From: Botryllus schlosseri
Taxonomy: Eukaryota
Reading direction: 5' to 3'
DNA: 64,000 nt
NCBI GenBank assembly: GCA_051294905.1
Contig: CM119372.1
Coordinates: 868,001 to 932,000, forward strand
Shown: piece by piece, positions 26,437-37,406 of the stretch
Position numbering within the stretch: position 1 is the stretch's first letter
Layout: each line of letters starts with the position of its first letter
Made by a program: the position numbers and the translations under genes
The notes under the pieces: model-generated
Told to the model about the DNA's origin: nothing
What the model saw: only the letters and a program-made list of their open reading frames with translations
The model's database searches: none

Positions 26437-26628
26437 TCACTTGATCTTCTGTAAGTCACTTTCATTGCATACTTGAAGAATCGATGCATCATCATTCTTT
26501 CTCACCAGAACTCTTCCAAACTTTGTCCAGAGGTATGAGTAGCCATGATCCCTTTTCAATTTCCTGGCATCGAAGAAGAGTTGGCGGTTCTTTTCAGTCA
26601 GGTTTTCAATAATGAAGACTTTGTCCAT
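26437..26628 (-). CDS. C-terminal fragment of LINE ORF1
   Basis: VFIIENLTEKNRQLFFDARKLKRDHGYSYLWTKFGRVLVRK is the typical ORF1 C-terminal pattern of CR1/L2-group elements; it stops 43 bp upstream of ORF2 on the same strand. Confidence 0.8.
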   Translation of the reverse strand: MDKVFIIENLTEKNRQLFFDARKLKRDHGYSYLWTKFGRVLVRKNDDASILQVCNESDLQKIK

Positions 26629-28039
26629 GTCAGGAATTGATCATCACACAATAAAATTAATGCAGCGGTGAACTGGTAACCGTAAACGCGCCTCCGTAAA
26701 TAGATATGTATCTACCCCGGCGCGCAGCCAAAGTTTCCAAATGTTGCGGGGTAGCATCAATTTTCTTAAAGGGGCACTGCACTCAAAAAATGATGTGGTC
26801 TCAAATTGAAGGGCAGAACGAAAAAAAAATTTTGGCCGCAGCCGTTTTCTTCAGAACGCCACCGTAATGGAGCTGCAATTTATTGAAATTCCCAGAGTTG
26901 CACCCGGCTGCAGCTGTCGCGGCTCCGGGTAATTTCTTAACCCGTTACATGGCACGATGACTTCATCGTCGCACTTGCTCGACGCGATTACGAGGACGAA
27001 CTTTAGATAGTTGTCAGTCGATGTTATGAAGGACTCATGTCTTGCACACCAAGGCGGCGCTCAACGTACGGTGTCAGGTCAGGAGGATTTGTGTCTGGAG
27101 CTTGTCATGACTCTATAGTATTTGCCAGTTGAATGCTACTGAGATGCCGTTACAGTTGTATATTGATGCAGATACAGCTGTCATTTTCAAGATGTACTGC
27201 AGAACATGACGATTTTCTCCTACATAACAATCAACCACATGGTCCTGGCATAAGTCTTTCTAACAAGTGGGTCCTAGAACATTTTGTGTTGTTTAGTATT
27301 GGACCTATATGTAAGCGACAGGGTCTTGGGACTTATGACATGGTTCCTGGATATAAACGGCAATTTCCTGCATTCTTTACCTTTTCTCGCATGCTTTTAT
27401 ATAAATGCCTACACTTTATAAATTGGGAGCATTATACTCTCCGTCATATATATATGCTGCTATTACTTTTCAGCATTTTTTTTATTGCTGCAATATACTT
27501 TGATATTTTCCAATTGCAGACAATATCGCTTGGTGTCTTATTGATGGCGACGTTTTGGGTAGCAAAAACAGGATGGACTGTATGTCGGTTTCAAATGGCC
27601 GATAGAAAACGAACTGTGATTGATAAGTTGATAACACTGCGGCTACTAAGTCGAAATCAGTTCCGTTACTGTATTATTAGACAATGAACTGGAACTGTTT
27701 GCATTCTATATTCCACGAATGGCTGCTTTGCCTGATACATCACTACTTTGCTTACTCGTTATTTATTAAAATAAATAATAAAAAAGAAACGTCCGATGAC
27801 TATATATAGCCCACTTTACAACGGGGCAGTCAGGCAGTGTGGAAGAATGAAATTGAGCTAGTAAGCTACGCAGCACTGCACCACATGCCATTCAACTCGA
27901 AGATAGGGATGTATTGTAAGTCACGTTCTAGAACGACGTTTTGAAAGTAATTCCTCTTTAGAGGGGGCTGGTTCTGGTGCAATGCTGACTGGATGCACAC
28001 TTCTTGAAATGTTACTGGGAAAGTTGATGCCAGTGCGAT

Positions 28040-28835
28040 TCTCAGTGGTTCGTCTTCTCTTCATACATGTTTTTCAAGATCCACTCTTTTGCTGACCTAA
28101 TCCTAAAAAAGGAAGGCGTGAATTGTAATGATCTGACCATGCTCCGATAACTGGTGTGCAGATGTGATGAGTCATAAAAATTACCAGTATGTTTGAACGG
28201 AGTCATCTGCTCCAAATCCCGGATCAAACTTTTATTTTCTATCAAAGATTTCAATGCTTTGAAACTAGGAGATCCACATTGCAACCATCTAGTTCTTAGG
28301 CACTGATCCCCAGTCAAAGTGCCATAGCTGCAGGAATATGTCTCCCCGTCAACTGTCCACTCATGTTCGCCGGTGATGCAGAAGAGATAACCATCTTCTT
28401 TTTAGCACCTGCAATTGCATATTGTTATATAAAAAGCTCCTAATATGTGATGTCAGACATAGTTGATATGTAGACTTACACTGCTATCTTGACCACAATA
28501 CTGACAGCACCACCAAAAGTGATTAGTGATGCTTCTTGTCCATAGTAGTAAGTCTTCCCATACCTTTCTTCTTACCCAGAGACACCAACTTTTTTTTCAG
28601 TCCTGAGAAATGGTTAGTAAGGCAAAAGAAGATTTAAATAATAACAGTATTCAGTTACCTTTGCAGACATGCAACATATCAAACTGGTGATTGATTGATG
28701 GATATTTATCCTTCAACAATTCCCTGATGCTTGGTGCCCGGTCAGTCACTACGGTTTCAATCGACAAACCTTGAGCAAGTAATGCATCCAAGGCACGCTC
28801 CATACCAACTTTTTCCATTGCAACACTGCTGGAGC
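28040..28835 (-). pseudogene. Intron-containing Kolobok-type DDE transposase remnant (frameshifted, internally deleted)
   Basis: Minus-strand fragments SSVAMEKVGMERALDALLAQGLSIETVVTDRAPSIRELLKDKYPSINHQFDMLHVCK | WTRSITNHFWWCC | GEHEW..WLQCGSPSFKALKSLIENKSLIRDLEQMTPFKHTG, separated by short GT-AG introns. The TDR and HxFDxxH motifs are characteristic of this superfamily. Confidence 0.8.
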
Positions 28836-29033
28836 ACTCCTATGGCACTAAACCACTGTCGTCTAGTACAATTTCAGAAGGAATTTTATGAGGAGTATGC
28901 GATTCGTCATTCCTTTTGACATCACACGATGTAGCGGCACAACTTCTCCATGTCATTGCAGCTTGCTATAATGTCAATGTATATTCTATTCACTATTACG
29001 AAGACTCTGAGTAGAGCAAGACAATACCGTAGA

Positions 29034-29560
29034 CAAGTGCTTTTCAACCTTTTTGAGCTCCATTCGTACTTTTTAAAAAAAAAAAAATTTAATTCGCACC
29101 AGCCAGCTGGAATTTATTACACATAAAGAAAATGAAAAGCTTATCACTTTTTGTATTTGTAAACCTTCGTGTAGGTACAGAGCATCATTATTTCACATTT
29201 AGTGTATCGTATTGCTGATTAATCAAATACTAAAATCACTGCAGTAGAAAAATCAGATATCGCACTTCCGCTTTTCTCAAGGTCTTCGTTACTTTTTCCG
29301 CGGGTATCGTGCAGTGATTTCTTTCGAAGCTTAAAGGGCGAACCCATGAACAATATTCACTCGCAACAATATCACTTTTCCACTAAATCGACGTATTATG
29401 TCAACGCTATATGAATGTGTGCCGAAATTCCAATACTTTGCATTCAAATCAACACTGGCATCACACACTATTTCCTACAGGGTAGGGTTATCATATTTTG
29501 GATTCGAGAAAGGAGGACGTTCGCACAAGTACGAACCGTCACACAGGTTGAAAAGCACTT
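29034..29560. mobile_element. hAT-like MITE nested inside the Kolobok element
   Basis: Inverted ends AAGTGCTTTTCAACCT / AGGTTGAAAAGCACTT; TSD not evident. Confidence 0.6.
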
Positions 29561-32297
29561 TATGCTAGCCGTTTCTCAGGGTAACAGTAATTTCTTATCC
29601 ACAACACGAATATACCACCAGTCAGGGTTCCCCATGAACATGACAAAATTCATGACATTCAAAATTGGTGGTTCGGGTACTGTAGGAAAATTCATCATCC
29701 CTAACCAAAATCCAACGGTACGCAAACCTAACCTGAACCCACAACTCCGCAGCTGACCCTAAAACATATATATTCATTATATTGTAATCTTACTAATCCC
29801 CAAGCCATAATTTTAAGATACTCTCAAACCCTCATCTTACATCTCCAGCCTGAATGCAAAATCAATTATGACTGCTCTGAATTTTGAAATGTTCAGGGGG
29901 CACACTGATTGGTGATGGAAATGTTTTATACATAACATAAGAATAGGACATGATCTATTCCTGCCCTCAAGAAATAGAATACACTAGGCCCGATTACGAG
30001 AAAAATCTAGTGACTGAATATCGTCCGTGGAACGCCGTATCTACACCACCTTGGCGTGTAAGACATATTTGCTTCAGAACATCGGCTGGCAACTATCTGA
30101 AGTTCGTCCTCTGCGTGACTGCGTAATCGCGTCGAGCAAGTGCGACGATGAAGTCATCGTGCCATGTAACGGGTTAAGAAATTACCCGGAGCCGCGACAG
30201 CTGCAGCCGGGTGCAACTCTGGGAATTTCAATAAATTGCAGCTTCATTACGGTGGCGTTCTGAAGAAAACGGCTGCGGCCAAAATTTTTTTTTCGTTCTG
30301 CCCTTCAATTTGAGACCACATCATTTTTTGAGTGCAGTGCCCCTTTAAGTAAATGCCGAATAATACATGGGTCCGATAAACTTCCTGATGTTGACGAACT
30401 CATGTGTGCTATATATATAAGCCGCCGTTAACTACACTTTCGCACAATACTGAAATAACTTGAAATAACATAAATATGTAATTTCATTTGTAACGAGTCC
30501 GAATGTGCTATCAATTAGCGAGTCCACGATCTCCCTTGAATACATATTCATTGTTCAGGAATATGACCTCTTATTACATCGAATCAGAATTTTTCCATCA
30601 TCACGTTTCGTGACTAATGATGGTGTACAAATGAATAAAACTATTCTGGAGATCGCGTGTTGCTATCCAGGCGATTCTCGCTAATTGGAAGCACTGATAA
30701 TGTGAATCGCTGAATTGTAAATAAGCTATGAAATATTCGGTCGGCATTTCAAAACGACATTTAATGAAGGAGAATACTACTGTAAAGAGTTTTTCAAATG
30801 TGAGTCTATTCCCCACCAGAAATACCGAAATTCCCCACCAGTGGGGAATTCCCCACCGTTTGGGAACCACTGGCCTAAAACTTTATATGTCTTGGTGCGT
30901 TGTGGTGCGGTCAAGGCAAACGCTGATATGCCCATTTCTATAAATCTTGCGTATTTTTTCTTGGGGAAAAGTACCCAATAATTAAGATATGTGGCGAATA
31001 GAAATCGCGCGGAGCGCTAAAAATTTTGTTGCATAAATTTTCTAAAAATACTCTATAATTTATGCTAATTCACGAAATAATTTTGGGCCCCCTTCGAGCT
31101 CGGCCCCCTCAATTGGGGGGTTTGGGGTGCGGCAGTTACGGTCCTGACTATAAGACTGCCAATTATGCTGCTTTTAGCCGGCTAAGCAGTATGCATCTCT
31201 GCGTATTCAACCGTGAGTCACGTGTTGCACATCTAGTTATCATAGGGTTACCATACGTACTCTTTAAAGATGATTTGTCCTATTTTTTGAAGTGTCCTCG
31301 GAGGACGCCCAGATGTCTTGTTTTTTGTGATTTTGTCTTCTTTTTTGAGGATTTTGGTTACATAGGGCCAAATTCGACTGATATACATTAAGTCAGCACT
31401 GTAGGAACGCTACGGTGGCTATTTCGGGAGCTGGACCGGAAAGTTGACCTTTTTTCAGTCAATCACCTGTTGATGTGAAAGAAAAACTGTATTTTCCGGG
31501 AGTTGAGCCTCTTTTTCTTTTTTAGTCAAGCGACCACGAAGTGGGCAAGAGTATTTTATAAAAATAAAATTTATTTTTTGTCATAAATCGATTTCTTAAT
31601 ATATTTTGGGGGCCGCGCTTGGGAATCACTGCTGTAGTCAGACAGTATAGTACTATAGTGCGTTGGCGTCCTGTAGATGCTAGGTATGGTAGGTTTTGAT
31701 AGTCGGTGATATACAGATAGCTTGCTTGGTTATAGTAACGTACTCTACTTTTTACAGTAATTATGATTATTTACCATATGTGTGATCCGTAATTAAGCAA
31801 TAAGTACCAGTAGTCAAAATCAATGCCCGACAGAATCAGCATCCGTATATGTATGCGGCAAGAGAGGAAGAACATCACGTCGTAGGAAGATTAATTGTGA
31901 CAACGACAATAAATGCCTGGCAGAAAAATAAATGTCCGTCTGTTCTAACAAGGTAAGCTATCAGAGGAGATGTTGCAGAAAAATCCTTGTTAATGCCCCT
32001 ATCAGAAGCAATTATGGCCTAGTGCCTTCCTAATAAATTGTCATTGAAGAGTTAAGATTGACTATAAAGTCACTGACGTGAAATGATTTATATCTTTCTT
32101 GCTCTAGTCCTGGTAATAAATTTTCGAAAATCCCCGGTCTGTAAAATATTATCCTATTTATTCCACAGCTCAGCAAGAATGGTTGTTGAACAAACTTTTG
32201 ATCGTCTCAAATCCCTGTGGCTTTAGAAGATGCGACGCTTGTCCGACCAACACTAGGCTGATAATTGGGGCTTGTGAAATGCTCCATAGCAAGGGAC

Positions 32298-32549
32298 CAG
32301 AGGTGGTCAGTAACGAAGTACTTCTACTTTTTGAAGTACTTGAAGTAGATTTTGCCTACTCAAACTACTTTTTAAGTAGTTATGATTTTAGACTACTTCT
32401 ACTTCTACTTGACAGTTTTCAGTTTTCTAGGCAAAAATAAGCGTAGAATGCTTACTTACTTCTGAACCACCACTCCTACTTCTACTTGAGTAGAAATTCC
32501 GGCGTTACTTCTACTTGAGTAGCCACGGTGACTACTTTGACCACCTCTG
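32298..32549. mobile_element. hAT-type MITE, TACTT/AGTAG-rich family (clean copy). Partial copies are frequent, e.g. ~1-40, 455-720, 1790-2130, 10950-11080, 42780-42960, 62140-62290, 62550-62635, 62920-63000
   Basis: TIR CAGAGGTGGTCA / TGACCACCTCTG and perfect TSD CAAGGGAC. Confidence 0.9.
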
Positions 32550-33904
32550 CAAGGGACCTGATTCAAGATCTGGATGCAGTTGATGTAGGTGGCGGCAACC
32601 ATTTGGAAGAGATGCTGAAACTCATTTAAACTTGGATACTGATGTAGCTGCAACCCTATGTTTACATCACATGCTGCTTAATTGGCAATTTTCAATTGTC
32701 AATTTTACCAATGAAACCTCACATCCTGCTTGTGTGTGATGCTAAACATCATTGCGTCACCTGTTTCTTTCAGCAGTGAGACAAAATAGCAAAAAATCGG
32801 TTCACTGAAAGATTCGCTTTATATTGAGCAGTTATTGAGGAAGAATGTTTTCAGTATTGCTTCAAATAGGGTTCCATCATATTTGAGGATAGTTGCAACA
32901 AGGCTGTAAAAAAGGTTCCGGTAGTAAGTATGACGACAAACAGGAAATTACTCTGCACCTTCCTTGACTTATGCCAGGGATATCTCTGGCGCAGAACGTC
33001 CTGAGGCATCTGCAGTGCTGTAGTGTAGTGAGAAATTGAGCTGCTGGCTTGAAAATGTCCCCATTCTTCCGGATTGATGTAATCATACTCTGTATCTCAG
33101 GTTTGGACCAAGCTATTACCAACTGCATCACTTCCCCTTTCGCTCCAAATTGTACCCCTTGACATCTTTACACTGGTATAGCCTATTTTCAAATATGTAA
33201 AATAAAAACACTCTGCAAAACATATATCATTACTATATGAACTAGTGTATACTCCTGGATATACAGTGTAGGCCTATTATATATCCCTACAAACTACCAT
33301 ATGCAATGCATATTATACACAACATTGCCATGACAAACCCATTCAATAGAACCGCTATTCAATAACTGCCACCTCCATGACAAATATTATCAATGTTGAC
33401 CCGCTCCTGCCACCTGAAACAGGTAGTTTCGCGTCAGCAACAAGCACGAAAACACACGTTCGTAGTAGCCTGCTAGCACGAAAATAATTTCGTGTTTCGC
33501 GCCACTACGAACGCCCTCCGTAGTCAAGCGAGACACACTGCGAACGATTGGGTTTTCGAGACCATCGGCGCGAAAACTACTAGTCGGAACGGGGTAATTT
33601 TGAAACCACTACCGAAACCAGGTTCACTTCGAACGGTCTTGTTTTCGCGACTGGTTTTGAAATCATTTCGAAAACGTCACCTAGAACGCACCCTAGAATC
33701 CTGTCCGGATCTAGCATTCCGGCAATAATGATCCAATCTTAGCTGGATTCCTGTCCGGGTACAATCCGAAATCCTGATCGTGTACATCTCCAGTGAATTC
33801 GATATATTGCCAGATTTGGAATAATATTTAGGCACCTCGCTATTACGAAATTAATTCTGGAAGCTAAAATTTAGAATATTCAATCCGCTCTCTACACATA
33901 ATAT

Positions 33905-34258
33905 AACATGCAATTAAATAGTATATTCATAGCAATTTACAACGTAGCTACGTTGTAAATTGCTATGGTATATTCATATTGAAATGAACCCGAATATTTT
34001 CGGCTGACACTCGTCAGGGGTAATCGTCAGCAACTAGTAGAGAATTGGAAAGAACATTGTATATCAACAATCGTATCAAAAAATATGACGTCACCAGCAT
34101 GAAATTTCGAATGAGAGAACGTCATATTTTGTGATACGATTGTTGATATACAATGTTCTTTCCAATTCTCTACTAGTTGCTGACGATTACCCCTGACGAG
34201 TGTCAGCCGAAAATATTCGGGTTCATTTCAATATGAATATACTATTTAATTGTATATT
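33905..34258. mobile_element. Hairpin MITE with ~150-bp near-perfect TIRs. Family members at ~10790-10910, 15490-15640, 38200-38500, 39900-40155, 51290-51480
   Basis: 33968-34091 is almost exactly the reverse complement of 34119-34242, with a ~27-bp spacer. Confidence 0.85.
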
Positions 34259-35162
34259 GAAGTTCTGTACCTCCAAGAAGCTCTTCTAATATAACATGGA
34301 TTAAAACCAGTGAGCTAAAGCTACTGAAAATGCGGACTTCCTAGTTCTCGAATCTATTCGTACGATTTACATGAGATAATTATTCACAATTTCTTTTCCA
34401 TTTCAATTAATTAATTACCATTTAGCACACGCATATTTAAAAGCCCGAACAAATTAATTTTTCACTGTGCTTTCAGCGCTTTCCAGGAAAAGCGCAGTGA
34501 GCCATTTTGCGATCAGGCACGTGGTTTGAACTGTGATTGACGTCGGCGCCAAAATGTCACTGAGCTCGAACATGGGCGGTTGAGTCGGGATTTTGCCGGA
34601 TTGGTGAGAGATTTCATCATACTGTCCTAATCTGGGACGTCTTGTTTTAGTTTCTTATCCTAGACGCCGTGGTTCTTTACGAATGCATTAGATCGGTAAA
34701 GCTGTGTGAACTGTGAAGTGTATAGTTAAAGCCATTGATGAGATACAGTACTTCATCGCGGACAAATTTGCAAGTGAATTACGTATGGCCTATGCGCGTA
34801 CCAGAAATATAATTCTTGTTGTCCTATTATGGCGTAATGTTGGTAATCTAATTCTTTTCTAATCTCTGATATGTTTCTATATGCTTTCATTTTAATTCTT
34901 ATCTAATTTGTGAAGTGTTTCCATGATCCATATTTTGATTCTAATCAGAGTTCTCCTGTTTTCCTGATAATGCAACAGGAGAGCTGTATTGCGCGAAGCA
35001 AGCCAAGCTTGTTGTGCAGACATTTACCATTATCATGTTTATACTAACAATAAGGCACTCCGATTTGACGTAAACTTGATTAGTGATGTATTTCTTACAA
35101 ATTCAGAATTTGATTCAATTTCCAAGTTCTTGCAATATTAATGCTATAGATCTAATTTAATA

Positions 35163-36715
35163 TGGTTGCCGGTGAACCCAGCCCTCGGTGAACCCAGCCT
35201 CACAAACCAAGCCCTCGGTGAACCCAGCCCTCGGTGAACTCGGCCCTCGGAAAATTTTGTATTCACGGATTGAGTAAGCGGGGGAGATAACGTGACGCTC
35301 ACATACTCTACGTGTTTGTTTTGTGGTATTCATGGTGTTTCTCGAATACTATGGACCTCGGTGAATTCCGCCCCCGAACAATTTTGAATTAAAGCTGGGA
35401 GCTGGGATATTAGGGTTGGCGGAGGTAGATTAGGGTTGTCGGAGGTGGGATATTAGGGTTGAGGGAGGGGGGATATTAGGGTTGAGGGAGGGGGGATATT
35501 AGGGTTGCCGTAGATGGGATATTAGGGTTGGGGGAGGGGGAATTTTAGGGTTGGTGGAGGTGGGATATTAGGGTTGTCGGAGGTGGGATATTAGGGTTGA
35601 GGGAGGGGGGATATTAGGGTTGCCGTAGATGGGATATTAGGGTTGGGGGAGGGGGAATTTTAGGGTTGGTGGAGGTGGGATATTAGGGTTGTCGGAGGTG
35701 GGATATTAGGGTTGAGGAAGGGGGGATATTAGGGTTGGCGGAGGTAGGATATTAGGGTTGGTGGAGGTAGGATATTAGGGTTGTCGGAGGTGGGATATTA
35801 GGGTTGAGGGAGGGGGGATATTAGGGTTGGCGGAGGTAGGATATTAGGGTTGGTGGAGGTGGGATATTAGGGTTGGTGGAGGGGGGATATTAGGTTTGCC
35901 GGAGGTGGGATATTAGGGTTGGGGAAGGAGGGATATTAAGGTTGGTGGAGGTGGCATATTAGGGTTGCCGGAGGTGGGATATTAGGGTTGGCGGAGGTAG
36001 GATATTAGGGTTGGTGGAGGTGGGATATTAGGGTTGCCGGAGGTGGGATATTACATATTAGGTTTGCCGGAGGTGGAATATTAGGGTTGGTGGAGGGGGG
36101 ATATTAGGTTTGCCGGAGGTGGGATATTAGGGTTGGGGAAGGAGGGATATTAAGGTTGGTGGAGGTGGCATATTAGGGTTGCCGGAGGTGGGATATTAGG
36201 GTTGGCGGAGGTAGGATATTAGGGTTGGTGGAGGTGGGATATTAGGGTTGCCGGAGGTGGGATATTACATATTAGGTTTGCCGGAGGTGGAATATTAGGG
36301 ATGGGGGAGGGGGGATATTAGCGTTGCCGGAGGCGAGATATTAGGGTTGATGGAGGTGGGATATTAGGGTTGGTGGAGGTGGGATATTAGGGTCGCCGGA
36401 GGTGGGATATTAGGGTTGAGTTCACTGGTAATCCCACAATCAATGTGGCACCACGTGCTGCACGCATCGCATTTCAATGACTGCGCGATCTACGCATGCC
36501 CTGACCTCCTTACAAGATCGACAAATCAGTTGAAAATAACATTATTAGTTCAATAATTTATAATGATACTTGTTAATACACTTAATTACAAAAGTTCCCG
36601 AGGGCCGAGTTCACCGAGGGCTGGGTTCACCGCGGGCTGGGTTCACCGAGGGCTGGGTTCACCGAGGGCTGGGTTTGTGAGGCTGGGTTCACCGAAGGCT
36701 GGGTTCACTGGTAAT
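35163..36715 (-). mobile_element. Foldback-like element, copy 2 (body inverted relative to copy 1)
   Basis: Same tandem-16-mer TIRs. The unique AT-rich segment (36490-36600) is the reverse complement of 7335-7440. It splits a copy of the common intronic repeat (34840-35155 / 36870-36930). Confidence 0.8.
35404..36418 (+). repeat. G-rich TTAGGG-containing minisatellite, ~23-nt unit, ~1 kb
   Basis: Roughly forty units of GGGATATTAGGGTTG(N)GGAGG(T/G), including a ~214-bp higher-order duplication. Confidence 0.95.
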
Positions 36716-37406
36716 ATGAATATGGTAATATGGATAAAACCCTGTATAGAATCGGTGTCCTGTGCTCACACTGTGTTCTATCGTTTTTTATTAAATCACT
36801 TTAACTTGGAAAATTATCGTTGCTCACATGTTTAAGGCAAAACGTACCGAGATTCCAGTAGGGGATAAAACTATGTAACTGTATGACTCCAATCTAATTT
36901 GGAAAAGGTTAAGATTTTCTTAGATATCCAATCTGACCAGTAGGCCTATATACTGTAGGCCTACCTTTTGGGTCAAGCCACTCTTGAAGAACCCCCTTTT
37001 TTGAAAGACCTCATTTTTCATTTTTTTGCTGTTGACTGGCTATACCTTGTTACGTCGCTGCCTGTAGAATCATGAATATGATTATAAAGTCGTGAATTTA
37101 TCTCCGAGTTTAAACGTACCAATGCCGTTCTCAAAGAAGTTAATTTCTTAAGCTTTGATAAGGGCCACGCCAGTGACGATCAGAAGTGGAATTGTGGTAA
37201 CGTCACTAACAACTTTCCGTTCATATAATTAATTATTTTATGCTGATTGAGTGCTGAAAACAACCACCGATTCCAGGCTTGAACAATGGAGTTATATGAT
37301 ACCAACAGCAACATTCACGTATTAACTTTAAAAATTTACCACTTTTATAAAGCTTATATCAATCCTGTGTATGCTCTTACCTTACCGGAAATCTAAAAGA
37401 ATCGGA

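Larger units (their letters stand above)
23001..26640 (-). mobile_element. L2/CR1-group (Crack/Daphne-like) non-LTR retrotransposon, 5'-truncated within ORF1
   Basis: ORF1 tail, intact ORF2, then a ~370-bp 3' UTR ending in AATAAA plus a CTGTCTCT-type microsatellite tail at ~23001-23030. No clear TSD found. Confidence 0.9.
26770..30344 (-). mobile_element. Kolobok-type DNA transposon, decayed, with ~300-bp TIRs
   Basis: TTAA|AGGGGCACTGCACTC...GAGTGCAGTGCCCCT|TTAA. Near-identical inverted arms at 26770-~27070 and ~30035-30344, with internal transposase remnants. Confidence 0.85.
22146..30872. mobile_element. hAT MITE inflated by nested LINEs and a Kolobok-type transposon
   Basis: TIR CAGTGGTTCCCAA at 22146 and TTGGGAACCACTG ending 30872; perfect TSD GCCTAAAA on both sides; ATTCCCCAC subterminal repeats at both ends. 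Confidence 0.85.
21250..31146 (+). mobile_element. Copy of the ~1.35-kb CAGGGCCGTAAC hAT-type element, split by an 8.7-kb nested insertion
   Basis: 21250-22145 and 30881-31146 join into a sequence colinear with the reverse complement of 57965-59313. Right TIR GTTACGGTCCTG ends at 31146; the left end is not resolved. Confidence 0.8.

Noticed and set aside
27133..27687. 184-aa plus-strand ORF inside the Kolobok element (possible KolX)
   Set aside because: No recognisable motifs or conserved Cys pattern; likely a chance ORF.
32560..33130. Possible pogo/Tigger transposase remnant on the minus strand (FLNNCS, LPP..T..IQILNQ)
   Set aside because: Requires frameshifts and the matches are too short to support without a search.
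34480..34800. GC-richer patch that could be a promoter or 5' exon for Mis12/Ran
   Set aside because: No diagnostic motif or ORF; cannot be supported without transcript data.
35404..36418. True telomere or chromosome-fusion remnant
   Set aside because: TTAGGG is embedded in a 23-nt unit rather than tandem, and the array is enclosed by element TIRs.
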